Of a DNA stretch of 64,000 bases, positions 49,198-61,546 are shown piece after piece; position 1 is the first letter of the stretch; each line of letters begins with the position of its first letter. The DNA is from Bilabrum cf. latius (Eukaryota): contig OZ237736.1 in the NCBI GenBank assembly GCA_965178125.1, positions 186,001 through 250,000 of the forward strand, given 5' to 3'. The position numbers were made by a program, and so were the translations under genes. Below the pieces are notes generated by a model that worked only from the letters and a program-made list of their open reading frames with translations, was not told where the DNA came from and made no database searches.

Positions 49198-52029
49198 ATG
49201 AGAGTGCTAGCATCTGCAATAGTGGTTGGCATATGTTTGTCTCCCTTTTCGAGTGCGCAGACAAACACATCGGCCTGTGTAAAGTATCCTTCCCTGGCTT
49301 GGTGCGATCCAAGCAAGTCATTTGAGGACCGCGCCAGTGCGGTCATCGAGCTCATGACACTCGAAGAGAAGATCAACTAGACTGCAACATACACGCCGAA
49401 GGGTGTGGGTCAGGCGATTCCCCGGCTGCACTGGCCAGAGTTCAGCTATCACAGCGAGGGGCTCCACGGCTTGCGGAATTCGTTCGATACGCTCGGCCTT
49501 AACGCTACGCTCCTGCCGCAAGCGACGGGCATGGCAGCGACCGGAAACATTGATCTGATCGATGCCATGGGGTCGATGATGGCCCTCGAGGGCCGCGCGC
49601 TGAACAACGTCGCGCAGCAAAAAGGCGTGTGGTTTCCTCGAGGCGCAGCCCTCTTCATTTGGTCCCCGACCATGAATTTAGGGAGGCAGCAGTGGGGACG
49701 ATTTGGAGAGAGCATTTCCGAGGACCCTTATCTCCTCGGACTGTACAGCGCCCGCATGGTGAAGGCCCTTCAGGGCAACGGGTCGCACTACATCGCACTC
49801 GCCGCCACCTGCAAGCACTTCGCCGCGTATTCGCTAGAAGGGATCAAGATCGACGGGCACGACTACACTCGTCACAACTTTGACGCCATCGTGAGCGAGC
49901 AGGACCTCCAGGGCTCCTACCTGCCGATGATGAGGGCCTGCATCACACAGGCCAAGCCGGCGCAGGTCATGTGCTCGTACCCCGCGCTCAACGGGGTGCC
50001 CAACTGCGCCCACGGTGATCTGCTCGAGGGAACAATCCGGGGGAAGTGGGGCTATTCCGGTTTCGTTGTGTCGGACCAGGGTGCCATTTCCAACATCGGG
50101 ACGCCGGAGCCGCAGGGACACGGGTACACGAACGGGCTGGTTAATGGATCTGCCGTGGCCATCAACGCGGGCTGCGACCAGAACGATGGAGACATTTACG
50201 CGCATAACTTGGGCGATGCCGTGACCCAGGGCCTCGTGACCCAAGATCGGATCAACCTGGCCTTGAAGCGCACCCTGACGCAGCGCTTCGCAACGGGCAT
50301 CAACGACCCACCCGCCCTTGTTCCCTGGATCAAGATCCCACCGAGCGTGCTGGAGCAGCCATCCCACCAGGCACTCGCACTCAGGGCGGCGAGGGAGAGC
50401 CCAGCCTTGCTCGTGAACAAGAACGGCCAGCTGCCATGGAGCCTATCAGCCTCCTCCACGCAAGGTGCCCTGCGGAACCGGGGCGCCGCGCAGCAGATCC
50501 GCCGCATCGCAGTGATCGGCCCGTTGGCCAACAGCTCCCAGACAATGATGGGGGCGAAGGACGACTACCACCCGTCCTTCACGGTGACCTACCTGCAGGG
50601 ACTTATGGCGGTCAGCAAGGCGCTCCTTGACGGTGAGGGCGGGGGCAAGGAAGACCGGTGCGGACAGATTTTTGGCTCCGGGTCTGTACCCTACGGCGGC
50701 GAGGTGGACGGTATGCCGGAGGAGGTGCGGGCGCTAATGGGGGCAGTGCACCGAACCGTGAATCACTGCACTGCGGTGCCCGGTCTCTCCACCCTTCCGG
50801 TGCTGACCCCTGCTGATGCCTCTGCCGCCGTGTCTTCCCTCACGGTGAGGCAACTTGAGGGCACTGAGGGCCCCGAGGGCCGGATCCATTCGTACATCGT
50901 CCGCGGTATGGACGGCTAGGACAGTCTTCAGCTCGATTACGCGATCGGATGCACGAACACCAAGTGCCAGAATGACAAGGGCTTCGCAGCGGCATAGCAG
51001 GCGGCCACGGGCGCCGATGCCAGCCTCTTGTTCCTTGGGATCGACATTCTGATCGAAAAGGAGGGGCAGGACAGGCCGGGTGTTGACCTGCCCGGCATGC
51101 AGCAGGACCTCGCCAAGGCAGTGGCTGGATCCAGCAAGGGGCCGCTGGTTGCAGTGCTTGGTAACGGCGGGCCCGTGTCTGCGCCGTGGTTGAATGAGCA
51201 CGCCGATGCCGTCATCGATGCATTTGACGGCGGGCAGAGCGGGGGGCAGGCACTGGCAGAGATCCTGTTCGGGGAAGTGAACCCAAGCGGGATGATGCCG
51301 TACACCGCCGTGCCGCCTGCCTTCGTGAGTGCGGCGCCGCTGAACAACATGTCGATGCGGGCGGGACCAGGGCGGGGATACAGGTTCTACTAGCCCGACT
51401 CCATTGGGCCCGTGGTGTTCGCCTTTGGCCAGGGACTGTCCTACACCACCTTTGAGACCAAGTGGAGCGTGTCGCCGCCAGCCAACGCGAGCACGCTCCA
51501 CATGGCCGCACTTGAGGCCACCGTGACCGTCACCAACACGGGCAAGGTGGCAGGCGGTAAGGTCGTGCAGGCCTACATGAAGCTTGACGCTCCCGAAGAC
51601 GGCATCAGCGCAGGTGCCTACGCCCCTAACCCAGTGCTGTACGGGTACCAGAAGGTCTTCTTGAACCCTGGCGAGAGCAAGCAGCTGCATTTCTCCACGG
51701 CGACCGCTCTGTCTGCATCCAGCCGTGCGCTAGAGCCCACGGATGCTGCCATGGAAGCCATGGATGCATCGGCGCGCGATGCAGGCCTTGTCAGTTAGGA
51801 GGACCTGTACCTTCTGGCCGAAGCCAGCCTCGGCTGGTGCGCGGCGTGCGACGTGGATTCGGAGGGGCAGCGGTGGCTGCGGCCCGGCCGGTACGTGCTG
51901 TCGATCGGCGCCGGCAGTGCGGATGAGGCGAGGAGGATAGCGAGAGGCGAGCTGGATGCGGCTGAGGTGCACGCGGCGCATGCCGTGGTGCGGGCGACAG
52001 GGCCCAGGGTCCTTGTGCCAGCGGTTTGA
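49198..52029 (+). CDS. Secreted GH3 beta-xylosidase/beta-glucosidase-like enzyme
   Basis: Signal peptide, MTLEEKIN[TAG], SEGLHG, WSPTMN..WGRFGESISEDPYL, CKHFAAY, VMCSY..NGVPNC, nucleophile motif VVSDQGA, EKEGQDR, GRGYRFY, FAFGQGLSYTTF and VTVTNTG. Five TAGs; ends at TGA 52027. Confidence 0.9.
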
Positions 52030-52224
52030 TATGGATCTGACTCAAATAGCACTGTTACATTATAGGTATGTTTCATCTAAATGCTAGACCGTAGTTGTGC
52101 GTTTGGGTGCTCCTGCTAATAATGTATCGAATGGGAGGAGTCACGCCGATCCGGATCCTGGTGAGAGTCAGCGTCGGTCAGGAGAGCTCGTCTCACCCCC
52201 CCACCCCCCCACTCGGTCGCTCGT

Positions 52225-53427
52225 TTAGATTTCCGCGCCGGCCTCCTCCAGCAGCTTCACGCACTCCTCATGGGCCCCCGCCTTTGCTGCCGCCAGCGGA
52301 GTCACCATCGTGCCGCCCAGCTCGCCCTCGATCTCCAGCCCGCCCGCCAGCTTGCCCAGCCTCAGCCTCCTGGCCAGCTCCAGAGGCCTGCCATCCCTTG
52401 CGCTCTCGAAAATGTACCCTGCGTCCCTCACGGTGTCCGTGGTCCTGCGCCACCTCAGCAGGGCATTCCTACGTTGTTCCCTGGGATCCCAGCCGAGCAC
52501 GTGGTGCCTTGCCTGGTCCTCCCTGGGACAACGACCGAAGAACTAGCGTACTGCGATGGTGGCGCGATCTTTGCCGCGAGTTTTGGTCGTGCAAGCGGCT
52601 TCCAGGGCGTGCATGAGTGATAGCAACGCCTAGTCTTCGGTCCTGCACCGGAGAGGAGCCGTTCTCCTGGGGCCTCCGTGGTCCTTGATTGGGATGCCTC
52701 CGTATAGCTCTCTCTGCAGCTGCCTCCAGGCGTTCAGGTGGTGGTCCCGGACCGTCTTCTTGCGGTGCAGGTGCGGGTTTGCTCCGTGCATGAGCAGGTA
52801 CAAGCAGGCTGTGACGTTCTTCTGCTCGCACACCGCGATGAGCGCTGTCCAGCCGTTGCTATCCTGCGCGTCGACATCGGCGCCGGTTAGAACGAGCTGC
52901 TTCACTGTGCCCATGTGCTTGTGCTTAGCAGCCACGATGAGCGGGGTCTAGCCTTTCTGAGAAATGAGTAAACAGTGATATATTTGGGAAGCATAATGCA
53001 ATTGCTTGGCGTCCCTGCGGCTCGCAAGATCTGCAGTACTAGTTGCTTACCGAGTCCCTCAGTTCAAGGTTTGCACCAGCTTCAGCGATAGCTTTGGTGC
53101 ATTTCTACCATCCATAACGAGCAGCATAGTGCAGTACTGTCCACTTTGTCTCAACGTGATGCTTGCCCTGCGTAGGTCGACCAGACTAGGCAACGGAACG
53201 GGTCACACGATCCTTTCTCCAAAGACTGCAAACCCATTACATAGCCTGTGATATCCGTTCCAGGGTAAAAGTTAGACGGTATTTCTCACTGGATCTGGGT
53301 CTGGGTAGTTCAAATGCCTAATCAGCGTCGAGTGATACTTGCCTTCCCTCGGAGTTGTCAGAAGGTGCATGATATCTTTCGCCTTCCGGGCACGGGCAAG
53401 CTCTACAAATTCTTGTGCCTTATGCAT
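52225..53427 (-). CDS. Ankyrin-repeat protein (predicted exons 53427-53290, 53167-53051, 52956-52225)
   Basis: WTVLHYAARYGW[TAG]KCTKAIAEAGANLELRDS|KG[TAG]TPLIVAAK..GADVDAQDSNGWTAL..TPLAAAKAGAHEECVKLLEEAGAEI followed by TAA. Two phase-0 GT-AG introns (53168-53289, 52957-53050). The first exon is the least certain part. Confidence 0.7.
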
Positions 53428-53628
53428 ATCAAATATATTCACACTGTTTGACTAGTAAAGGTTGGACAAAGCTCATTTACTCGTCGATTCTCGCAAAGCT
53501 GGAGCCAGGAACGTTCTGCTGCAGTTCGTTCTCGGTCGCTAAGGAAGGCGGCAGGTCGAGCTGTGCAAGAACAAGCCCGCCAACTCAGCACCATAATACA
53601 GCGGTGCTGTCGAAACGCGTGCCACCCT

Positions 53629-54783
53629 TCAGTCCGCTGGAGCTGCCACTGAGCTCGCATCTTGGCCGGCCATGCCGACCACCCCTGACTCGCTCGAAGC
53701 AGCCGGCGCCGCTGGTCCACCTGCGTCAGCTGCGCGCGGGGCAGTGTCGCTCGCGTCATTCTGTGCAGAATCGGTGACTTCTACCCTCCTGCGCTTCCGC
53801 CCGGCCCCGAATGCCTTGCCGCCGTCAGCACGAGGCACCGCATGCGAAGCATCCGCCGGGGTACCCTCTTCGGCTGCCGTGCGGCCTGCATCGCCCGCTG
53901 CAGCGTCCCTTGCAGCCTGCACGTGCTTCTTCAGGGCTTCTTTGCACTCCGCGAGGTGCCTCCGCAGGCGGGCAGCCTCGTCCTGCCACTGTCGTTTCTG
54001 GACCTCGGCTGCTTCCGCACGGGCTGCCGCGGCTGCTGCCTGGGCGCCCGCGCGCTCCGCTGCTTCTTTCCATTCTAAAACCACCTGTGCGCGCTCCCTG
54101 CGATCAGCTTCTTCTGATTGCGTGCCGCTATTTGCTGCGAAAGACCCGAGGTGCAGAGCGAGGGCGGCCTCGCAGCGAGTTGCTCGCTCTGCGTTGGATT
54201 CCAGAACCGCTGCAGTACGGGACTAAATGGTAGCAGCAGCCGCAAGGGCTGCAGTAGATCGTTGTTGTGCCTCAGCTGCTCGTCCTGCATCACTGCTCAG
54301 TAGCTTGAATTGCTGCACTGCTGCCTGCCCGGCGCTGAGCATCCCTTGAACGAGCTGTTCGAGCTGCTCCACGGCAGGGCGAATCGAAGCAGCCTTGTCT
54401 ACACCTCCAGCAGAACAAATAGACTTTGCACAGAGCATGAATGGCTCAACTCTAGGTAGATCAGCTAGCTCAAAACTGCCTCCCGTTGCTTTTGACGAGT
54501 TGCTCTCGTTCGTCCTGCTGGCGCTGGCTGCTCCTGGATCCGCATCTATTTCAGAGTCTTCAAATTCTATCTACATCATTGATGCATCTCTTACTGCGTT
54601 TAGCTCTTTCTACCTCTGAAGGCTGAGCTGAACAGTTTGCAGGCTTGCTTGCTCGGTCTTGTGCGAGCAGCCTACCTTTCTCAAGCAGCTGCTCGGGTCT
54701 GCACTTCCGTTGTGCGTGTAGAGACCCTGGGTACTTGAAATGCACCCTTCAAGTATTTCGAGTGCAACATCCCACTCACCCAT
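53629..54783 (-). CDS. Hypothetical coiled-coil protein
   Basis: ORFs 54610..54921, 54223..54438 and 53629..54084 share a frame joined by TAGs (54610, ~54571, 54223) and end at TGA. A/E/R-rich helical segment and basic RKRRR. Start codon uncertain. Confidence 0.55.
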
Positions 54784-55729
54784 GGGAATTCGGTAGAATT
54801 GTGTCTGCACTGAGTAGAGCTTGCGACCGAGCGAGCACTTCCGGCTTTGTCTAGGGCAATTGCTCCATGCATTAATTGAGGAATGTAGCACGAATAACGT
54901 TCTCACAACATACCAACACACTTCAATATATCTTCGTATATGTTTGCAAGTAGAAGGCCCCGTTCTTACTATTTTTCAGTATGGCGAGGTCGTGACGCGA
55001 CGCATATCTGCAAGTCTTGCAAACCCCGACACCGTGACCCCAGGCAGGGCCAGCCAAGGCTATCCTACACGTCTATCCATTAAATTTTCGCAACAAGGCA
55101 AGGATTTGTGTGTCCTTTTACCTCTCCGAAGGATATTTGGACCATAGTTCACAGTCGGAGGTCACTACTGCGTCGAACGGGCGGAGACCACCAATGAAGT
55201 ATCAGCCAGGCAGAGACTCTAATCGAGGTCTAGATTCATACGCCCGGAAAATGTCTGGCTGATATACCCTTGCTCATTGTCTCGGCAGTGCCATTTGCCT
55301 GGACGGGCTGTGCATCAGCTTGCCCTGCCCAGGCCCGACTGGCAGTCCCATCCGCTTCCAACGACACTGCCAGTGGCTGCGGTGCCTCCGCTTCGACAAG
55401 ATAGCCGCGACATGAATGGTAAATTCAGGTTGTAGCGGGGACGAAGGGGCTATACTTTGCACCCAAGTACACGGTGCAGCCCTATTTTAAGCAGCATTTA
55501 TCTGTTCCGCGAGTGTTGGACGTTGCACTATTGCACCAGGTTACCAGGTCTTGGTACACGACTGGCGACTCGTGGACATGGGTCTCAACCAGAACATAGT
55601 TCTGTAAAGCCAGGCTGAGTGGATTGATATCAAAGTTCTCGCCTGGTGGCCCAAGCGGGAGCCGCAAGGCCGTGAGTAGCGCACCTAGCTCTGTGGATTG
55701 GTGCCGAATTGTGACGATGAGCGTGGTGC

Positions 55730-55870
55730 AGAGGAACACATTGCCCCTCGCTGATGCAGCACGGTTGGCACCGGTGGCCCCTGCTGCGAACACCTGTTGG
55801 TCTAGCCCATCAGAGGACGAGGGCAGTGGACGATGTCAGTGCCACCACCAGGGCCATGATTTCGTAGGTG
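55730..55870 (-). pseudogene. Decayed duplicate fragment of the adjacent membrane-protein gene
   Basis: MALVVALTSSTALVL / DGLDQQVFAAGATGANRAASARGNV resemble MAVLVALTSSTTLVL..DGLQVATAGASGAGRAASAMSNM (57375-57520), with a deletion and frameshift between the two blocks. Confidence 0.6.
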
Positions 55871-56296
55871 CTGCGAATGGGATCTGAGATTGAGGTCGCG
55901 CGTTGGGCGCAGCACCCGCTTGAGGTGCAGGATCAGATGCGACGCAGCGGATCGGAGGAGTGAGCGGTCGAGGAGGCCAGTCCAGTGATGCAGAGCAGTA
56001 GCAGCGACCATATAACAGAGACGCATGTGATTCACTATCCTCGGCGATGACGATTTGTATTGCGTCAAAGCTGGCAATAATCAAAGACACATCCATTTTC
56101 ATCCAATGGTACCATCCACGACTTGACACAGACGCAATGATGGTCTTCGGCACGGCAGTGCTGGTCCTGCCAGCTCACGTGGCGCCGCCCTGCCTGCAAC
56201 CGCTCAGATAAACCAACCAGGTGCTGCCGGAACAACAGAACCTGATCCGAATAACACAATCACAGACTGGGCCCCAGTGCCTCAAGAACTGCGGAC

Positions 56297-59200
56297 TCAA
56301 GCGTCTGCCTGCTCGCGAGATTTATCCGGAGATGCCTCGCTCCCTGGGACCTGGCTTTTGGCCGGTTCGTCCTCGTGGGCAGCTCGAGCAAAGCCAGGAG
56401 CTGTGCCTGGCTTGCTCGAGCCACGCACCGGCTTGCCATGAGGCCACATGGGAGATTGTCCCTACAGATCTCCCCTGCCGATGAACCTGTTACCCTCGAT
56501 AGTAGAACGATCTCCCGACTCGGTGCTGCACTTGCCTTTGCTGGCAGTCTCGGGTCTTGATGACGGGCCAGCAGCTTCTCGGCGATGCTCCGCAGCCTCC
56601 TCCTCAGTGTCCACCAGTCCGGTTCGTCCACAAAGCCACTCCATCTTCGGACCAAAGACTCTTTCAAACACAGCGAATGCAGCTTTGAACCCGCCAAGGA
56701 TACCCACTGTGAGACCCAAGATGGACGAGGCCACTTGAGCCAAGGTGTAGGCTGGCGTGATGCTGGTCGTAGCAAACACTCCCGCTCGCGACACCCGGAT
56801 GCTGAGCCTCGTCACCGTGCTGGCAGGATCGATGGCATCGACAGATCGAGTCGACGTCGCCCCGCTGCGCAGGTCTTGTACTCGGAAGCCCTCCACGCTC
56901 CTGGAGCTTCCAGTCCTCGTGTCGTCCAGCACATGACCGACCAACGCCATCTGCTCGGATCTAGCATCCAGCATCTCTTGCAGGTGCATGGTGGCGTTCG
57001 AGGTGAGTGGATCAGCTGATGGAGACACTGCAGTGCCGCTCACACTGGACCAGCGGCCTCCCGCGTCTTGCGTTGCCAGGCGCCAGCTGATCGCCTGCAC
57101 GGCCCAGTGAGTGTCGAGGTCAAGCGAGGTGACTGCACTTAGGCCGCAGTCGTCACACGTGGCTCGAAGCCAGCACAGGGGTCGATCGAGCTGCTGGTTA
57201 CCAATGGACAGCTCCTGCACGGTGGCTGTAGCTGCCAGTTGCAGCATCGAATGCGCCGGTGCGTCTCCTGCCAGTGGTGCGGAAGACAACGATGCGCGAC
57301 CAGAGCTCACGGTAAGCAGGTACGACTCATTGCAGGCTGCCAGGGAGGTCGGAGACAGCACGGCATCCAGCGCCATGTTGCTCATTGCAGATGCGGCTCT
57401 GCCGGCACCGGAGGCCCCTGCCGTGGCCACCTGCAGCCCATCCGTGGTGATGGAGTTGCGATAGGCGAAATCGAGCACTAGGGTAGTGGACGATGTCAGT
57501 GCCACCAGCACGGCCATGACGGTGAACCACCCACCCATTGCCGTGGCGATCCTCCTGACAGCGGCATACTCGACGGGCTTGTGCTCCTGCGCCATGCTGT
57601 CGATCATTCGGAGTCCCGAGTGCATCGTTGGTCGTGCAGACGGCACCAGCAGCAGAAGCAGTAGCACGCAGAGCACGCATGTAGACATGATCCATGCGAT
57701 AATAACAATGCCAGATGCATCATCATTGCTGGTATCACCATCGCTTGCCCCATCTTCAGGCTCACCATTCGAGTCGCCTTGTCCTGGCTCTTGCAGACGC
57801 CGTGCAGCCACGCTATCCCCCCTCAGTCCTGCCATCACTTTGGGGTCAACCACCACCTCTGGATCCATCTGCAGCCGTCTACTGGACCCACTGGTGCTGT
57901 AGCTGCCAGTCGAAGCACTCGCGAAGGCACCCTTGGCAGCTCCAGGCAGGGGGATATCTGCCATGGATTCCTGGAGCACAGCCACAGCAGGCACAGGCTC
58001 GGGGACACCGGGCAGGCACATCGTGCCAGGCTCGCTGCATTCTGTCGGTAAATCAACGCACTCGTTGTTGCTTGAATCCAGAAGGCTACCCCCTGGGCAT
58101 CCAGAGCACGATGCCGAGCCACTATCGCTGCTCAGGCCTGCACCGCACTTGATGCAGCTGGACGTGAGGGCAGCACCAGCATATGGCATGTAGGTGGCTG
58201 GCGGACACTTCGAGCATGCAAATGATCCGTACATGGAGCTGGATACAGTGCCTGGCTCACAAGCCACACATGACTGTACGTTACCGCCGGGTGAAGATGT
58301 ACCTGGCAGGCATGGCTCGCAGGTCAAACCCGCCATCCCGACAGGGCACGACGTAACCACAGCAATGCAGTCGGAGGCGCTAGATGTGCCAGTCCCAACT
58401 GTTGTGGTCCCTTCAGGGCACTAGACGCAGTCTGACGAAGCAGTTGCCTGTCGTACCTCGCTGTAGGTGCCTTTGGGACACTCTTGGGCTCTCACACCAT
58501 CCTCGCAGTAGGCCCCTGCAGGGCACTCCACGCACAGAATCCTCGAAGCAAGTGAGTTTCCAAGCACGTCAACTTTGGATCGAAAGGTGCCAGCGTTGCA
58601 TGTGATCCCTACAGTATCAGACACATTCACGGATGAAAGCGCAAAGAGGTTGGCGAATGCCTCGGCGTGCGACGTACTGATTGGGTTGTTTCTGAAGTCT
58701 ATCGCCTCCATTGCATCATTCGCAGTGAAGGACAGCTGGGGCAGGTACTCGATCCCGTTGTCACTCAAATCTATCGTAATCGCGCTGATTAGGGGCGAGA
58801 GCGCGCCATTTAGTAGAGTAAATGACCGGTCGCCAGAGGACCCCTCGACCCTCAGATTGGTCAGTCCAGTTAGGCCAGCAAATGTTGTCTCTGTCCATAC
58901 AGACCGGCGCAGATCCAGACCTTGCAGATCCAGAGTACGAAGACTGCCTGCAAATGCGCAGTCTCGAAATCCATTCATGGCCAGGTCCTGGGTTTTGCCA
59001 AATACACGCTGTGCGCCAGGCGCCTGGATGGACAGGGAAGCGAGGGAATCGAGACCGTCGAAGAATCCACACGTGCCGTTCTCAACAGTAAAATCAGCTC
59101 CAAGAGTCAGAGCTATATCAGTCAGATCTTCAAGGTGTACTAGTAGCCCAGTTGGCCCGGCTTCCAGCATTGGGGTGTCAAGTTCAAGACGGCGAGGACT

Positions 59201-61546
59201 GCCGTGAGCGCCCGAAAAGGCGTCCGTATGCAAATGCCGCAGTCCAGGTGCCTCGATGCTCAGTTGCAAGGATGACACTGAGCCTTCGAAAAGCCTCTCT
59301 ACTGCTTCCTGCATGCTCGATGGCAGCGAGATGGACGTCAGGCCCGTCAGCCCTCGCAGCGCGCCTGCATCCAGACTCGACACCTGCGTCATGGACAGGT
59401 CCAGCGACTACAGGCCGGATGGGCCCGATCCATCCTCGGCCGATGTGAACGCGTCTGGCTCGATGGTGCTGATGGTCGACGGCAGCGAGATGGACATCAG
59501 GCCCGTCAGCCCTCGCAGCGCGCCTGCATCCAGACTCGACACCTGCGTCATGGACAGGTCCAGCGACTACAGGCCGGATGGGCCCGATCCATCCTCGGCC
59601 GATGTGAACGCGTCTGGCTCGATGGTGCTGATGGTCGACGGCAGCGAGATGGACGTCAGGCCCGTCAGCCCTCGCAGCACGCCTGCATCCAGACTCGACA
59701 CCTGCGTCATGGACAGGTCCAGCGACTGCAGGCCGGATGGGCCCGATCCATCCTCGGCCGATGTGAACGCGTCTGGCTCGATGGTGCTGATGGTCGACGG
59801 CAGCGAGATGGACGTCAGGCCCGTCAGCCCTCGCAGCACGCCTGCATCCAGACTCGACACCTGCGTCATGGACAGGTCCAGCGACTGCAGGCTGGATGGG
59901 CCCGATCCATCCTCGGCCGATGTGAACGCGTCTGGCTCGATGGTGCTGATGGTCGACGGCAGCGAGATGGACGTCAGGCCCGTCAGCCCTCGCAGCGCGC
60001 CTGCATCCAGACTCGACACCTGCGTCATGGACAGGTCCAGCGACTACAGGCCGGATGGGCCCGATCCATCCTCGGCCGATGTGAACGCGTCTGGCTCGAT
60101 GGTACTGAGACCCTACGGCAGCGTGATGGACGTCAGGCCCGTCAGCCCGCGCAGCACGCCTGCATCCAGACTCGACACCTGCGTCATGGACAGGTCCAGC
60201 GACTGCAGGCCGGATGGGCCCGATCCATCCTCGGCCGATGTGAACGCGTCTGGCTCGATGGCAGCAGTTTTATCGGGTAGTTGTACCTGTATCAGCGTTC
60301 CATTGTCAGTTCCCAAGCTGTGCCGTGGGATGACGGTCAGATTGGAACACCTTGACAGGTCTATCGCCAGCAGTCGTGGTGCTCCAAGAGCAAAGTTCTC
60401 TGGCAGCTCGTTGAGATCGGCTGGCAGCACAAGACTCTCCAATGACGTCCAACCAGCGAGAATTGGCTTAATCCGGCCTATTGGCCATTGGGATAGGATT
60501 GAGGTGGCAGATAGATCTAGCAGTGTTGCAGATCTGTCAGCAGATACGGCAGTGAAGTTCACGACCGGAGGAATGCATTCGATGGGTACTGACCATGCCT
60601 GCACGCTCGATGGCGGGCTGGACATAGAATCGGAGTCGGCCCCGAAGCAGTGCATCTAGTGTGTGCCTGCCTCGATCCCACACGTGTGGTACCCACCTGC
60701 AGACACGGCGGACCATGCCTTCACACTTGATGGCGGGGTGGTCCGGGAGTTCTAGTTGCTGGACCCGAAGCAGTGCATCTTGTCAGTACCTGCCTCGATC
60801 CCACACGTGTGATACTCCCCCGCAGAGACAGCAGACCATGCCTGCACACTCGTTGGTGGCGTGGCCCTGGAATCAGAGTTGGACCCGAAGCAGTGCATCT
60901 TGCCAGTGCCAGCCTCGATGCCACACGTGTGAGCTACACCAACAGCCACAGCGGACCATGCCTGTACACTCGATGGCGGGCTGGACATAGAATTCGAGTT
61001 GGACCCGAAGCAGTGCATCTTCCCAGTACCTGCCTCGATCCCGCACGTGTGTAACATACCAGCAGACACGGCGGACCATGCCTGCACGCTCGATGGCGGG
61101 GTGGCCCTGGAATCAGAGTTGGACCCGAAGCAGTGCATCTTGCCAGTACCAGCCTCGATGCCGCAGGCGTGACTCCAGCCCGCAGACACGGCTGACCATG
61201 CCTGCACGCTCGACGGTGCCTGTGGGGTGATCTGGGAATTCACCTCTAGCCCGAAGCAGTGCATCTAGCGAGTGCCTGCCTCAATCCCACACGTGTAGCC
61301 ATCCCCCACAGAGACAGCGGACCATGCCTGCACATTCGATGGTAAGTTAGACTGATACATTTTGTCAAAACAGTGCATTTTGCGAGTGCCTGCCTCAATT
61401 CCGCAGGTGTGGGAGATACCAGCCATTTCGAGCGACATGCGATTGCTGTACTCTAAGCACCAGTTTTCGCCCTTTGATCGCCCAAGCATCAAAATGGTCG
61501 CAACAACAATAAGTGATCTTATTAGTTTCGGCATTGCGACAGGCAT
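56297..61546 (-). CDS. Large cell-surface membrane protein: signal peptide, 7 RCC1/CR4-like repeats, LRRs, Cys-rich (TNFR/GCC2-GCC3-like) repeats, ~3 TM helices (1749 aa)
   Basis: Six listed ORFs share one frame, joined by nine TAGs, and end at TGA 56297. Repeats WSAVSAGxxHTCGIEAGTGKMHCFG, LQSLDLSMTQVSSLDAGxLRGLTGLTSISLP and CxxCPxGT; hydrophobic segments GIVIIAWI..LLLLLV, WFTVMAVLVAL and VASSILGLTVGILGGF. Confidence 0.8.
59310..60262 (-). repeat. 159-nt coding tandem repeat x6 (53-aa double-LRR unit)
   Basis: 159-nt periodicity of GACAGGTCCAGCGACT. Confidence 0.95.
60580..61420 (-). repeat. ~120-nt coding repeat x7 (RCC1/CR4-like blades)
   Basis: The MHCF motif recurs seven times at ~40-aa spacing. 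Confidence 0.9.

Noticed and set aside
59256-60659. 467-aa plus-strand repetitive ORF
   Set aside because: Antisense shadow of the LRR repeats; the minus strand gives recognisable LRR motifs.
1-61546. Mass pseudogenisation or sequencing error as the cause of the internal stops
   Set aside because: The stops are exclusively TAG, frames are preserved, essential genes such as PHB1 are affected, catalytic motifs are intact, and the true pseudogenes in the window look different (truncation, frameshift).
1-61546. TAG as pyrrolysine, Glu, Leu or Tyr, or the ciliate code with both TAA and TAG as Gln
   Set aside because: TAG exchanges mainly with CAG and occupies conserved Gln sites; no internal TAA was seen in any intact gene.
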